From NCBI GenBank assembly GCA_965202915.1, contig OZ241847.1, positions 1,665,972 through 1,729,971 on the forward strand: DNA of 64,000 bases. Reading direction: 5' to 3'. The stretch comes from Gammaproteobacteria bacterium (lineage in GTDB: Bacteria; Pseudomonadota; Gammaproteobacteria; Eutrophobiales; Eutrophobiaceae). Both the position numbers and the translations under genes were made by a program. Positions within the stretch are counted from its first letter, which is position 1. Each line of letters starts with the position of its first letter. The notes below the pieces were generated by a model, which worked only from the letters and a program-made list of their open reading frames with translations, ran no database searches and had not been told where the DNA came from. Shown here in pieces: positions 9,867-20,182 of this stretch.

Positions 9867-10160
9867 ATGGCTATGCACAATCCCCCCCATCCGGGTGAAT
9901 TTATCGTGGCTTCCTATATGGAACCATTTGGTTTAAGTTGCCACTATCTTGCTGCGAAATTAGACGTTGCCGCATCAACCCTTAACCGAGTGCTGAAAAA
10001 GCAAAGTGGTATCAGCCCGAAAATGGCACTGCGCCTGTCTAAAGCCCTGGGGCGTAGTCCTGAAAGCTGGCTGGTGATGCAGGATAATTATGATCTTTGG
10101 AAGGCAAGGGGACGGGTGGAACTTCAAAAGATCAAAAAGATACCCCTTAACGCCGCATAA
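9867..10160 (+). CDS. higA: HigA antitoxin (XRE-family HTH).
   Basis: 97 aa. The HTH segment ...LSCHYLAAKLDVAASTLNRVLKKQSGISPKMALRLSKALG... is present, and it sits immediately downstream of higB. Confidence 0.85.
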   Translation: MAMHNPPHPGEFIVASYMEPFGLSCHYLAAKLDVAASTLNRVLKKQSGISPKMALRLSKALGRSPESWLVMQDNYDLWKARGRVELQKIKKIPLNAA

Positions 10161-10277
10161 CCGCCCCCGGACGGGAACAACAAAGCCCTGGTCCGTGTGT
10201 TTGAGGGGTTGTTCAGAGGTGCTCTGATGATCAGTTGATTTGTATATTTAATCCAGCCGACGTAACATAGTAATACT

Positions 10278-10673
10278 ATGGCTGATATATGTCCCACAGT
10301 AGTCGTTATAGACGACAATAAAACCGTACTCTCTCAATTCCAGAGGAGTGTCGACAAACTCGATATGGAATTGAAGTTGATCTGTTTTGATGCTACGGCC
10401 GCGGCAATGGACTATTTAAAGGATAATAAACCCAAGGTCATCTTTCTGGATATACTGATGCCGGATATGAATGGCATTACTTTTTTGACCACCCTCAGAA
10501 AAATGCCCATGCACCAGTCAACATTTGTTATTATGATCACGTCCAAGGATTATGCCCAGGACCGACAGCTTGCAAGGGAATTGGGGGCGTTGGATTTTTT
10601 AACGAAACCCATCCCGACGCAGGTCATTACAGATTTAATTCTTACATATATCGATAAAGACAATCCTTATTAA
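10278..10673 (+). CDS. Single-domain response regulator (CheY-like receiver).
   Basis: 131 aa. The acidic pocket (VIDDN, ...FLDILMPDMNG) and conserved T/K positions are present, with no output domain. Confidence 0.8.
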   Translation: MADICPTVVVIDDNKTVLSQFQRSVDKLDMELKLICFDATAAAMDYLKDNKPKVIFLDILMPDMNGITFLTTLRKMPMHQSTFVIMITSKDYAQDRQLARELGALDFLTKPIPTQVITDLILTYIDKDNPY

Positions 10674-10689
10674 TTCGCCGCATTAAAGC

Positions 10690-11598
10690 ATGACCAGATA
10701 TTTGCACTTTTGGGGCGTGCGAGGTTCTTATGCCGCCCCGTTTGCAACCCATTTGAAGGTGGGGGGGAATACGTCTTGCGTGGAAATCAACGTCGATGGT
10801 CATTGTCTGATCTGCGACGCCGGTACCGGCATCATCCCTTTTGGGGAGGAGGCGATGACTAAAAACCAAACCAAAGAGCTGTTGGTTGTCCTGACCCATT
10901 ATCATTGGGATCATATCTGTGGCCTGCCTTTTTTTGTGCCGGCCTTTACCCCGGAATGGAAAATCCGGTTTTTTGGTCCCGGTGAAACGGAGGCGGAGAT
11001 ACGGCAAAATATCGGTTCCCAGATGCAGGCGCCTTATTTCCCGGTGGGCACTGAGACCTGGGCGGCGAATATCTCCTATATCGATCCGGCAATAACGCAT
11101 ATACCATACGGCCCGTTTTCAATTTCGAGATACGGGGTGCATCACCCCGGATTAACCTATGGTTACCGAATTGATACCGGTGGCAAATCGATAGTCTATG
11201 TTTCCGACAATGAGTGTCAGTTTTTTGATAAGTCGATAAAACGCGATTGGCCCAAATTCAGTGAAGAAGAGAAGGCGATGTTCCAGGAAATGAATCGGGA
11301 AGAATATGAAATTGAACTGCGCGGGGTCCGGGAGGCGGATATTTTAATCCATGACGCGCAGTATTCTCCCGAAGATTACCAGACGAAACGGGGCTGGGGT
11401 CATTCCTGTTATACCGACGTGGTCAACATGGCCATAGACGCCGGGGTGAAATCACTCTATATGTATCATCATGATCCAAACCATAATGATGATGAGATCG
11501 AAGCCTTCCATGAGGAAAGTTTGAAAATCATTCAGCAAAGAGGGGCTTCGTTACAATGTCACGTCGCCAGAGAAGGTCTGATCGTTCCTCTTGATTAA
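10690..11598 (+). CDS. MBL-fold metallo-hydrolase.
   Basis: 302 aa with the HxHxDH motif (LTHYHWDHICGLPFF) and downstream His/Asp ligands. Confidence 0.75.
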   Translation: MTRYLHFWGVRGSYAAPFATHLKVGGNTSCVEINVDGHCLICDAGTGIIPFGEEAMTKNQTKELLVVLTHYHWDHICGLPFFVPAFTPEWKIRFFGPGETEAEIRQNIGSQMQAPYFPVGTETWAANISYIDPAITHIPYGPFSISRYGVHHPGLTYGYRIDTGGKSIVYVSDNECQFFDKSIKRDWPKFSEEEKAMFQEMNREEYEIELRGVREADILIHDAQYSPEDYQTKRGWGHSCYTDVVNMAIDAGVKSLYMYHHDPNHNDDEIEAFHEESLKIIQQRGASLQCHVAREGLIVPLD

Positions 11599-11621
11599 CC
11601 GGTCACCATTGGGCCTTTAGC

Positions 11622-11822
11622 ATGATGCAAGTGATAGTGAACGGTCAAGATTATCATCTGGCCGAGGGCAGCACCATTGCCGGTCTCCTCACGCTGTTGG
11701 ACGTGGACGGAAAACTGGCGGTGGAAATCAATCACAGTATTATTCCCCGCGGCAATTTTGCCTCGCATACCATCCACCCCGGCGATGCGATAGAAATTAT
11801 CCGCGCCATTGGCGGCGGTTGA
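11622..11822 (+). CDS. thiS: Sulfur carrier protein ThiS.
   Basis: 66 aa ending in GG, with a ubiquitin-like fold pattern. It sits directly upstream of thiG. Confidence 0.85.
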   Translation: MMQVIVNGQDYHLAEGSTIAGLLTLLDVDGKLAVEINHSIIPRGNFASHTIHPGDAIEIIRAIGGG

Positions 11823-11842
11823 TCCAGCCTGCGTATCGTAAT

Positions 11843-12640
11843 ATGAATACTCATACCCCCGCTGATCAACCACTGATTATTGCGAACGAGCGGTATCATT
11901 CACGTCTGCTGGTCGGCACCGGCAAGTATAAAGACGCGCGGGAAATGGACGCGGCCATTGCGGCAAGCGGCGCGCAGATCGTCACCATCGCAATCCGACG
12001 CATGAATATCGGACGAGACAAAGGCCAAACGGATCTGCTGGACCTGATCTCGCCGGATCAATACACGCTTTTACCGAACACGGCCGGCTGTTATGACGCC
12101 GAGTCGGCAATCCGTACCTGCCGGCTGGCGAGGGAATTACTCGATGGCCACACACTTATAAAACTGGAAGTCCTTGGCGATGAGAAAACGCTTTATCCCC
12201 ACCTGCCACAAACACTGAAGGCCGCGGAGCAGTTGATCAAGGATAATTTTGACGTTATGGTTTATACCACCGACGACCCGGTCATGGCGCGCGAATTTGA
12301 ACAGCTTGGTTGCGTTGCAGTGATGCCGCTGGCCGCACCCATCGGTTCCGGTCTGGGGATACGCAACCGCTATAATATACGCACCATCGTTGAAAATGCG
12401 TCCGTTCCAATTCTGGTGGACGCCGGCGTCGGCACCGCCTCTGACGCCGCTATCGCGATGGAGCTCGGCTGCGACGGGGTATTAATGAACACCGCCATTG
12501 CCGAGGCAAAGCAGCCGGTTTTAATGGCGGCGGCAATGAAAAAGGCAATGGCGGCCGGTCGGGAAGCCTATCTTGCCGGAAGAATGCCGCGCCGCGCCTA
12601 TGCCAGCGCGTCCTCTCCGATAGACGGCACTTTCTTTTAG
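11843..12640 (+). CDS. thiG: Thiazole synthase ThiG.
   Basis: [36 protein letters not shown] matches the ThiG N-terminus. An ATG at 11843 is chosen as the start (the ORF is open from 11819). Confidence 0.9.
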   Translation: MNTHTPADQPLIIANERYHSRLLVGTGKYKDAREMDAAIAASGAQIVTIAIRRMNIGRDKGQTDLLDLISPDQYTLLPNTAGCYDAESAIRTCRLARELLDGHTLIKLEVLGDEKTLYPHLPQTLKAAEQLIKDNFDVMVYTTDDPVMAREFEQLGCVAVMPLAAPIGSGLGIRNRYNIRTIVENASVPILVDAGVGTASDAAIAMELGCDGVLMNTAIAEAKQPVLMAAAMKKAMAAGREAYLAGRMPRRAYASASSPIDGTFF

Positions 12641-12646
12641 GCCAAC

Positions 12647-13378
12647 GTGCCGATGGGCAATGATCCGCCCGGCCGCCGCAGGATCCGCAGCTTTGTAAGG
12701 CGGGAAGGCAGAATGACCCCGGCTCAGCGGGCCGCGCTGGATGGCCTGTGGCAAAATTACGGCGTCGCCTATTCGCAGGCATTGCTTGCCCTCGCGGATA
12801 TTTTTGGCCGCAATGCGCCCGTTATTATCGACATCGGTTCGGGTGCGGGCACGTTCACCTTGCAGCACGCCCGGTGCCACCCCGAAAACAATTATATCGC
12901 CATCGAGGTCCACAGGCCGGGCGTGGGCCGGCTGTTGCGGGATATTCATAAATCCGGATTAAAAAATATTCGGATCATCAACCATGACGCGGTTGAGGTA
13001 CTGGAACATCAGATTCCATCAAACACCATAGATGAGATAACCATTTTCTTTCCCGATCCCTGGCCAAAAAAACGACATCACAAGCGCCGACTCATCCAAC
13101 CGCCTTTTCTGCAAACGCTCAAATCCGCGTTAAAATCAAACGGCCGGCTGTTCATCGCAACCGACTGGCCGGATTATGCCGCGCATATCATCGCCCTGTG
13201 CGACCATGATCCGGAATTAATTAATCTCGCCGGCCGCGGCAACCCGGCACCGCGCCCCAAATGGCGGCTGTTGACCGCATACGAAAACCGCGGATTAAAA
13301 TTAAAGCACGAGGTTAAGGATTTTTATTACGCCAAATCGCATGGCCGCCCGCAAATGCCATCGGCTTCCGGAGAATAG
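12647..13378 (+). CDS. trmB: tRNA (guanine46-N7)-methyltransferase TrmB.
   Basis: The N-terminal RRIRSFVRREGRMT resembles E. coli TrmB, and SAM-MTase motifs (IDIGSGAG, FFPDPWPKKRHHKRR) are present. Confidence 0.9.
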   Translation: MPMGNDPPGRRRIRSFVRREGRMTPAQRAALDGLWQNYGVAYSQALLALADIFGRNAPVIIDIGSGAGTFTLQHARCHPENNYIAIEVHRPGVGRLLRDIHKSGLKNIRIINHDAVEVLEHQIPSNTIDEITIFFPDPWPKKRHHKRRLIQPPFLQTLKSALKSNGRLFIATDWPDYAAHIIALCDHDPELINLAGRGNPAPRPKWRLLTAYENRGLKLKHEVKDFYYAKSHGRPQMPSASGE

Positions 13379-13509
13379 GGCGACCTTGCCGGCCCGCGTC
13401 CCGATCACTTTTTCCGGTCCGGGCTGCACCGGATTTGACGGCATTGATGCCGGTGGTACAATGGCACACAAGATACATCGTCATATTGAGTAATACAGTC
13501 GGGTGATCC

Positions 13510-14322
13510 ATGTCCAATCCAAGCAAACGCGATCCAGGCGGCCTCATCGATGAGGTCATTGCAATTGCCCGTAACGCCGGCGAAAAAATCATCGATATAT
13601 ACGACTCCAAATTTTCCATTGAATATAAAGCCGATAAATCGCCTTTGACCGCCGCCGATATTGCCGCGCATAACGCCATCTGCGAGCATTTGCAGCGGCT
13701 TACCCCGGAGCTCCCTATCCTGTCCGAAGAATCGGCTGCGATTCCGTATTCCACCCGCCGGACCTGGACGCAATACTGGTTGGTTGATCCCCTCGACGGC
13801 ACCCGTGAATTTGTTAAACGCAATGGTGAATTCACGGTCAATATTGCCCTTATTGACAACAATCAGCCGTTACTGGGCGTGATCCAGATACCGGTGTCCG
13901 ATGTATGCTATTACGGCATAGCGGGGCGGGGTGCGTACAAACAGGACCCGCACGGAACCACAACCGAGATCACCACCAAAACCACGGACCCGAATAATCT
14001 CACCATCGCCGGCAGCCGTTCCCATGGGAATAACCGGCAACGGGCATTCCTTGAGCAATTTCCCGACGCCAGAATAGTCGCCCTCGGCAGTTCATTAAAA
14101 CTATGTATGATAGCCGAAGGCATGGTGGATATTTATCCGCGTTTTGGCCCAACCTCGGAATGGGACACCGCCGCCGCCCAGGCCATAGTCGAAGCAGCCG
14201 GGGGCAGGGTCACGACCATGGCCATCGAACCCCTGATGTACAATCAAAGGGATACTCTGGTTAATCCCCATTTTGTCGTTATTGCCGACAAGCAGTTTGA
14301 CTGGCGACCCTATTTGCAATGA
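13510..14322 (+). CDS. cysQ: 3'(2'),5'-bisphosphate nucleotidase CysQ.
   Basis: 270 aa with inositol-monophosphatase-family motifs (WLVDPLDGTREF, the metal-binding D residues). Confidence 0.85.
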   Translation: MSNPSKRDPGGLIDEVIAIARNAGEKIIDIYDSKFSIEYKADKSPLTAADIAAHNAICEHLQRLTPELPILSEESAAIPYSTRRTWTQYWLVDPLDGTREFVKRNGEFTVNIALIDNNQPLLGVIQIPVSDVCYYGIAGRGAYKQDPHGTTTEITTKTTDPNNLTIAGSRSHGNNRQRAFLEQFPDARIVALGSSLKLCMIAEGMVDIYPRFGPTSEWDTAAAQAIVEAAGGRVTTMAIEPLMYNQRDTLVNPHFVVIADKQFDWRPYLQ

Positions 14323-14334
14323 GTGGAGATTCAG

Positions 14335-14350
14335 TGCCCCGGACGGGCAC
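14335..14350 (+). terminator. Weak candidate hairpin downstream of cysQ.
   Basis: gtgccc-ggac-gggcac forms a 6-bp GC stem with no strong U-run, so this is low-confidence. Confidence 0.25.
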
Positions 14351-14572
14351 CGGAATATTTAGAATCCGGAAACCGGCGTGTATGGATGGGTAAAGTGTGC
14401 CATCCCTGGCACGTTATTCTTCCGTGACCGCATCCTTTTTTATGTGCTATCCCTAAGGCCTTGGTATATCCTTATTGTTAAGGCCCAAACTTCTTCCTAT
14501 CCATGAAGTATAGGATATTGCCCGGGAATGTCTTGGTCAGGATGGGGTATTTTTCAATTAAAATATCTCACC

Positions 14573-16258
14573 TTAATGTAGTAAGAAATGGACAAGAACA
14601 AGGTAATAAAGCAGGCTGAGTCCCAGCAGGCCGATGATCAGCATGAGTTTATAACTCATGGTGTTATCAAATAATCTTGAGAGCCAGACGTTATTCCAGT
14701 CTGGTCGCCAGTGATCAATATGCCGCCGTATGTGGTTGCCGCCACCAATAATCATACCGCCGATATAATCAGCACCGGCCGGAAAACACTTTCTATAGAA
14801 CCAGTCAAAATCGAGGCTGATGGTTAAAGTGCGCCGCATCCGCGGGAGCATGATAAAAAACGCAAGCCCGGCAAACAGTAATAACTGCAATTGCGCCAGT
14901 ACGTGTTCACCGGTATAGGGAATATATTCAACCGGGTAGGGCAAAAGCGAATACAGGTAATTCGGAAATATCCCCAATAACAGACATAATAATGCAAACA
15001 GGATCATTGCCAATCGCATGTTCCACGGCGGATCATCGGGTCGCAACCCGGAATCTTTGTGGAAAAATACAAGCCATGGAAATTTAATCCCGGCGTGCAG
15101 AACCGCACCCGCGGAGGCGGCCTGTAACAACAGCCATACGTACGGCATGTGTTGGTCCACCGACGCCTGGGTTATCATGGATTTGCTGACAAAGCCGGAA
15201 GTCAGGGGGAAGGAAAGAGTGGACAGGGCGCCAATGATCGCGCACAGCGCGGTAATGGGCATGGATTGTATCAATCCCCCCAAATCAGTGCATTTACGTT
15301 TGCCGGTCATATATAAGACTGAGCCGGCCGCCATCAATAACAGGGCCTTGTAAATAATATGCGCGAACGCATGGGCGGCGGTACCGTTTAACGCCATCGG
15401 GGTGCCTATGCCTATGCCGCAGATCATGAAACCGACCTGGTTCACTATGCTATAGGCCAGGATTCGACGCATATCATTTTCAAGCAATGCGTAGATTATG
15501 CCGTAGAAGATCATGAATAGTCCGATCCAGATCAGAATCTCGGCCCCGGGAAATCCCCTGATTAATACATATACGGCGGTCTTGGTGGTAAATGCGGATA
15601 AAAATACCATGCCACAGAATGAGCTTTCAGGGTAAGCATCGGCCAGCCAGGCCGATAACGGTGGCGCTCCGGCGTTCAGCAGGAAACCGATCAATATCAG
15701 CCACGAGTAATAGTGGTCAAGGTCCATCAGCGAAAACTGAATCGATTGAGTTTCGATGAATTGGGCGGCTATCCCGGTCATTAAAATGACGCCACCCAGT
15801 AAATGGATAATGATATATCGGAATCCGGCCCGACGCGATAGATCGGTGGCGGCGGACCAAATCAAGATGGTCGAACCCACCGCCATGAGCTCCCAAAAGA
15901 TAAACAGGGAAATCAAGTCACCCGCGAGCACAACCGCCATTGCCGAGCCGGCATAGATAAACGCGGCCGATAGTTCAATGGGTTTTATTTGTCTAAAACA
16001 AAAAAAAGTGCCGCCAAACACGGTCAATCCGAACACAATAAGGAACAGGCGGCTAAGCTTATCCACCACGAGAGGCTGTAATTCAAATCCCAGGTAGGAG
16101 ATCCGACAGGCGTTTTCGGGATGGAGATCGACAATGCAATATAACGCCAGAAGAGGTATAAGCAAGGCCGCGTATTTTTTTATATTACCCCTCAGTATGG
16201 CCAGCACCAGTCCGCCGACAATCAGAATCAGCCCGGGATGAATGCAGCTATACGTCAT
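14573..16258 (-). CDS. Proton-conducting membrane transporter of the MrpD/NuoL/M/N antiporter family, with a C-terminal extension.
   Basis: 561 aa, polytopic, with the conserved antiporter-like core of the family. It is the last gene of a C-D-D-x-D cluster. Confidence 0.8.
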   Translation of the reverse strand: MTYSCIHPGLILIVGGLVLAILRGNIKKYAALLIPLLALYCIVDLHPENACRISYLGFELQPLVVDKLSRLFLIVFGLTVFGGTFFCFRQIKPIELSAAFIYAGSAMAVVLAGDLISLFIFWELMAVGSTILIWSAATDLSRRAGFRYIIIHLLGGVILMTGIAAQFIETQSIQFSLMDLDHYYSWLILIGFLLNAGAPPLSAWLADAYPESSFCGMVFLSAFTTKTAVYVLIRGFPGAEILIWIGLFMIFYGIIYALLENDMRRILAYSIVNQVGFMICGIGIGTPMALNGTAAHAFAHIIYKALLLMAAGSVLYMTGKRKCTDLGGLIQSMPITALCAIIGALSTLSFPLTSGFVSKSMITQASVDQHMPYVWLLLQAASAGAVLHAGIKFPWLVFFHKDSGLRPDDPPWNMRLAMILFALLCLLLGIFPNYLYSLLPYPVEYIPYTGEHVLAQLQLLLFAGLAFFIMLPRMRRTLTISLDFDWFYRKCFPAGADYIGGMIIGGGNHIRRHIDHWRPDWNNVWLSRLFDNTMSYKLMLIIGLLGLSLLYYLVLVHFLLH

Positions 16259-16490
16259 AATAATCGTCCCTGCGTTTAATAAAATAACCCAGCAATTTTA
16301 CAACCACTATCATCAAGGTGCAGACAATAAATCCATACACCACGTTGAAGGAAAAAAAATCGGCAATACTGAAATAGGCGTGCATTTTGATAAAAAATTC
16401 CGCAAATATGGTGATGATCAGGATCGCAGCGGCACCAATCCGAATCTTTTTAACGGTACTCGGCTGATATAGAAATTTAAGATTTATCAT
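16248..16490 (-). CDS. Small hydrophobic protein within the Mrp-like cluster.
   Basis: 80 aa with two predicted TM segments. It is translationally coupled (overlapping) to its neighbours. Confidence 0.4.
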   Translation of the reverse strand: MINLKFLYQPSTVKKIRIGAAAILIITIFAEFFIKMHAYFSIADFFSFNVVYGFIVCTLMIVVVKLLGYFIKRRDDYYDV

Positions 16491-16493
16491 CAG

Positions 16494-17951
16494 TTAAATG
16501 ATCCGCTCGGCAAGATTCAACACCCCGCCGGGCATGATAAAAAATAAAATGGTCAGCATCGCGGTAAGGCTTAATGCAATTAAAATGGGTGTGGGCGCTT
16601 CATGCACGCCCGGCGCCTGATCCGCTTGCCTGCGTTCAAAAAAGGCGGAATACACGATGGGCAGGAAATAGGCCGCGTTCAATAGCGTACTGATAATGAT
16701 GACCGCGATAGCAAACCAGGCTTCCATCGAATACGCGCCTTGCAGGATATACCATTTGCTCACGAATCCGGCCGTCGGTGGAATGCCTATCATCGACAAA
16801 CAACCGATGGTGAACGCGGTCATGGTAACCGGCATGGCGCGGCCCACTCCGGCTAATTCACTGACCCTGGTTTTGTGCGTGGCCGTATAAATCGAACCGG
16901 CGGCAAAAAACAGAGTGATTTTTCCAAACGCATGCGCAACCAGATGCAGTATTGCGCCGGTGATTGAAATCGGCACGAGTATGGCCGAGGCCATTATGAT
17001 GTAAGACAGTTGGCTGATTGTGGAATAGGCCAGTCGGCGTTTCAGATTATCCGATTTTAATGCAATGATTGAGGCATAGATAATAGTGGCGCCTGATATA
17101 TACAGCAATACCTGAGTATCCGGGGCGGCAAGCAGATAATCGGTGCCAAATACATAGATGATCACCTTGGTGACCGTGAACACACCGGCCTTTACAACGG
17201 CCACCGCATGTAACAGGGCGCTCACCGGGGTGGGTGCGACCATTGCGGCCGGCAACCATAGATGTATCGGTAACAACGCCGCCTTGCCGATGCCGTACAT
17301 AAACAGCAATAGTAGAATTAAAACGTATTCGGTCTGCATATGCCCCGCAAGCATGCCCCCGGGCTTGAAATCCAAGGTGCCGGTGATACTCCAGACCCAT
17401 ATCATCGCCGGCAGCAGCAAACAGATAGAAGTCGATAACAGAAATCCAAGATAAACCCGGCCCGCCTTTACCGCTTTATCATCGCCTTTATGGGTGACCA
17501 GGGGATAGGTTGAAAGTGTCAGGCCTTCATAAAAAATAAATAATGTTAACAAGTCGCCGGCGAAGGCAATGCCGATGGTAAAAAAAATCGCCAACGCAAA
17601 GAATATATAGAATCGAGTTTGATGTTTTTCATTATTCCCCCGCATATACCCGATAGAATAGATCGAGTTCACGATCCACAGCAATGAGGCCACCAGGGCA
17701 AAAATCAGTCCCAGGGGTTCAATCAAAAAATTGATTCCCGCGCCGCCCGGGAAGATCTGTATGAGATCGATTTTTGGCGGATTGCCGTCAAGCACCGGTT
17801 TGATAAGCAGGCTGATCAGTGCCAGTAGAATAATGCCGCCGATGATGGTGGCCGTCTCTCTTATATCCGGGCGCGCGCGGTTTAACGCGATAAAAAACAC
17901 GGTGATGATCGGCGTCAGCAAAGCCAATAGGATGACCGTGGCACTATCCAT
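16494..17951 (-). CDS. MrpD/NuoM/N-like antiporter subunit.
   Basis: 485 aa of the PF00361-type family. Its end overlaps the upstream paralog. Confidence 0.85.
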   Translation of the reverse strand: MDSATVILLALLTPIITVFFIALNRARPDIRETATIIGGIILLALISLLIKPVLDGNPPKIDLIQIFPGGAGINFLIEPLGLIFALVASLLWIVNSIYSIGYMRGNNEKHQTRFYIFFALAIFFTIGIAFAGDLLTLFIFYEGLTLSTYPLVTHKGDDKAVKAGRVYLGFLLSTSICLLLPAMIWVWSITGTLDFKPGGMLAGHMQTEYVLILLLLFMYGIGKAALLPIHLWLPAAMVAPTPVSALLHAVAVVKAGVFTVTKVIIYVFGTDYLLAAPDTQVLLYISGATIIYASIIALKSDNLKRRLAYSTISQLSYIIMASAILVPISITGAILHLVAHAFGKITLFFAAGSIYTATHKTRVSELAGVGRAMPVTMTAFTIGCLSMIGIPPTAGFVSKWYILQGAYSMEAWFAIAVIIISTLLNAAYFLPIVYSAFFERRQADQAPGVHEAPTPILIALSLTAMLTILFFIMPGGVLNLAERII

Positions 17952-19431
17952 TATTCGGCCCCAGGAGAAATGCCGCGGCTTGTTCGGCGATACCGGCGGT
18001 CAATGCGGTATTCAGGCCAAAAAACAGATTCAACGCCGCCAGTACGGATAACGCCGCCATGATCCCCGATAGTCGCCCGTTGCCGGATAACCCCGTTGCC
18101 GCGGTTAATGGCTTGAAATAAATCGATTCAGCAACCCGCCAGACGTAGATCACCGCCAGCAATGAGGCCACGAGGATAACCAGTGCAATGATCCATAATC
18201 CCTGTTCCAGACTGGCCTGGATCAAATACCATTTACTGATGAACCCGGCGGTTAACGGGACGCCGATAAGGCTTAGGCCGGCGATCATAAATATCGCCAT
18301 GGTCCAGGGCATCAGTTTGCCGGTACCATTGAGCCGGTCGATTGAAAGGGTATTGAATTTGTACCCTATCGAACCGACGCACATGAATAAGGTTGTTTTA
18401 ATGATCGCGTGATTAAACATGTGCACTAATGCCGCGGTGATTCCGGCAATGCTGTTAAAACTGATCGCCAACACCATGTAGCCTATTTGGGCAATGCTTG
18501 AATAAGCGAGCAGCATCGGAAGATTATCCTGCCTTATGGCCATTATCGACCCATAAAAAATGGTGATCACCGAGAGCAGCATCAAAATATGGCCTATTTG
18601 CATTGTATCAAAGACATACTCAGGGGGAAAAACCGAATAGAGAAACCGAATGAATACGTAAATAAACACTTTGGTTGTAGTGCCGGCCAGGAAAGTGGCG
18701 ACGGAGGAAGGGGCATGGGTATAGGCGTTGGGCAACCATGTATGCAATGGAAATACCGCGCATTTGATAAAAATCCCTATGGTAAAAAACGCCAGCGCAG
18801 TTTTAACGGTGCTGGTGTGTATGACCTCCGGCAGGCGCTGATAAATATCGGCCATATTGAGTGTCCCGGTCATAACGTACAATAACCCGACGGAGAGGAG
18901 TATGAAGGTCGCGCCTATGGTGCCATATATCAAATATTCATAGGCTGAAAACAATGCCCGTTTATCCTTGCCGACACTGATTAAGGCATAGGATGAAAGA
19001 GAGGCAATTTCTATAAACACAAACAGGTTGAACGCATCGCCGGTGACGATCACGCCCAGCAGTCCGGCCAGATTCAGTAAAAAAGCCGCATAAAAAAGAT
19101 AAATCCGGTCACTGGCAACTTCACTCCTGACCAGGCCGTGACTGCCGGATAAAATGATCGCCGCGAGCCCGGTTATGAAAACGGATACAAACGCATTGAC
19201 CTTATCCAGTCGGTATTCTATTCCCCAGGGAGCTAACCAGTCTCCTATGGCGTAACTCATCATCCCGGTATCAATAACCTGCTGTAATAATAAACAGGAT
19301 ATGATAAAGCTCGCCCAGGCCACCGCCGCGGTCAGCAGCCAGGTCAAGGTAACGTGGCGGATGATGATGCAGATTGGGGCAAAGATAAGCGGCACCAATA
19401 CCTGCAGGATGATAAGATGCGCGCCGATCAC
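17944..19431 (-). CDS. MrpD/NuoM/N-like antiporter subunit.
   Basis: 495 aa of the PF00361-type family. Confidence 0.85.
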   Translation of the reverse strand: MIGAHLIILQVLVPLIFAPICIIIRHVTLTWLLTAAVAWASFIISCLLLQQVIDTGMMSYAIGDWLAPWGIEYRLDKVNAFVSVFITGLAAIILSGSHGLVRSEVASDRIYLFYAAFLLNLAGLLGVIVTGDAFNLFVFIEIASLSSYALISVGKDKRALFSAYEYLIYGTIGATFILLSVGLLYVMTGTLNMADIYQRLPEVIHTSTVKTALAFFTIGIFIKCAVFPLHTWLPNAYTHAPSSVATFLAGTTTKVFIYVFIRFLYSVFPPEYVFDTMQIGHILMLLSVITIFYGSIMAIRQDNLPMLLAYSSIAQIGYMVLAISFNSIAGITAALVHMFNHAIIKTTLFMCVGSIGYKFNTLSIDRLNGTGKLMPWTMAIFMIAGLSLIGVPLTAGFISKWYLIQASLEQGLWIIALVILVASLLAVIYVWRVAESIYFKPLTAATGLSGNGRLSGIMAALSVLAALNLFFGLNTALTAGIAEQAAAFLLGPNNG

Positions 19432-19787
19432 GGATCACCCATATGATCTTTAATTTCGTCTTCTTCCACGGTCCCAAAGGCCTTATATATTCTGGCGGTC
19501 AATGCAAGCCCCAACGCGGTGGTGGCAATACCGACGACAATTGCGGTAAGGATCAGTACGTGCGGCAGCGGACTCGAGTAGAGGCTGTAGGAGTCGGATA
19601 ATATGGGCGCCGTCCCCCCCTGAATTTTTCCCATGGAAATGAAAAAAACAAATACCGACGCCTGAAATAAACTCAGGCCGATCAATTTCTTGATCAGGTT
19701 GCCATGGGTAATAATAATATAAAAACCCACCATCATTAAGATGATCACCATCCAGTAACTAAACAGGCCGACTATGCTCATGTTCAC
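19428..19787 (-). CDS. MrpC/NuoK-like small antiporter subunit.
   Basis: 119 aa with 3 TM segments and a typical MnhC/NuoK pattern. It is the first gene of the cluster. Confidence 0.75.
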   Translation of the reverse strand: MNMSIVGLFSYWMVIILMMVGFYIIITHGNLIKKLIGLSLFQASVFVFFISMGKIQGGTAPILSDSYSLYSSPLPHVLILTAIVVGIATTALGLALTARIYKAFGTVEEDEIKDHMGDP

Positions 19788-20072
19788 GTCTCAAATATAT
19801 AGAATCAGAAAATTTCAGGACAGAATTTGTTAAAGCTGGTGTATTATAACGGAAAATGTCGTTAGCAAGGCCATTGGGTCGGATTGAATGTTTGTTAAGC
19901 CCATAATGGATCGATCCCTTGCTCCCAGGGCCGCCCAAACGTGCCAAGTGAACGCGGATGATAATTGCTGATGGGTAATGCTGAAGCCAGATACAATCAA
20001 AATCGACGTTGGTACGGGCCGGTCGGGGATTTTTGTCGCCCTGGTAATAAGGCATCGGGGGGTTCGGACGCG

Positions 20073-20157
20073 GCGAAAGTGGCGGAATTGGCAGACGCGC
20101 TGGGTTTAGGTCCCAGTGGGGTAACCCGTGAGAGTTCGAGTCTCTCCTTTCGCACCA
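20073..20157 (+). tRNA. tRNA-Leu (anticodon TAG).
   Basis: Cloverleaf with a 7-bp acceptor stem gcgaaag/ctttcgc, a long variable arm, anticodon loop tt-TAG-gt, and an encoded CCA. Confidence 0.9.
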
Positions 20158-20182
20158 ACCATACAACACGGAAATACTGTTA

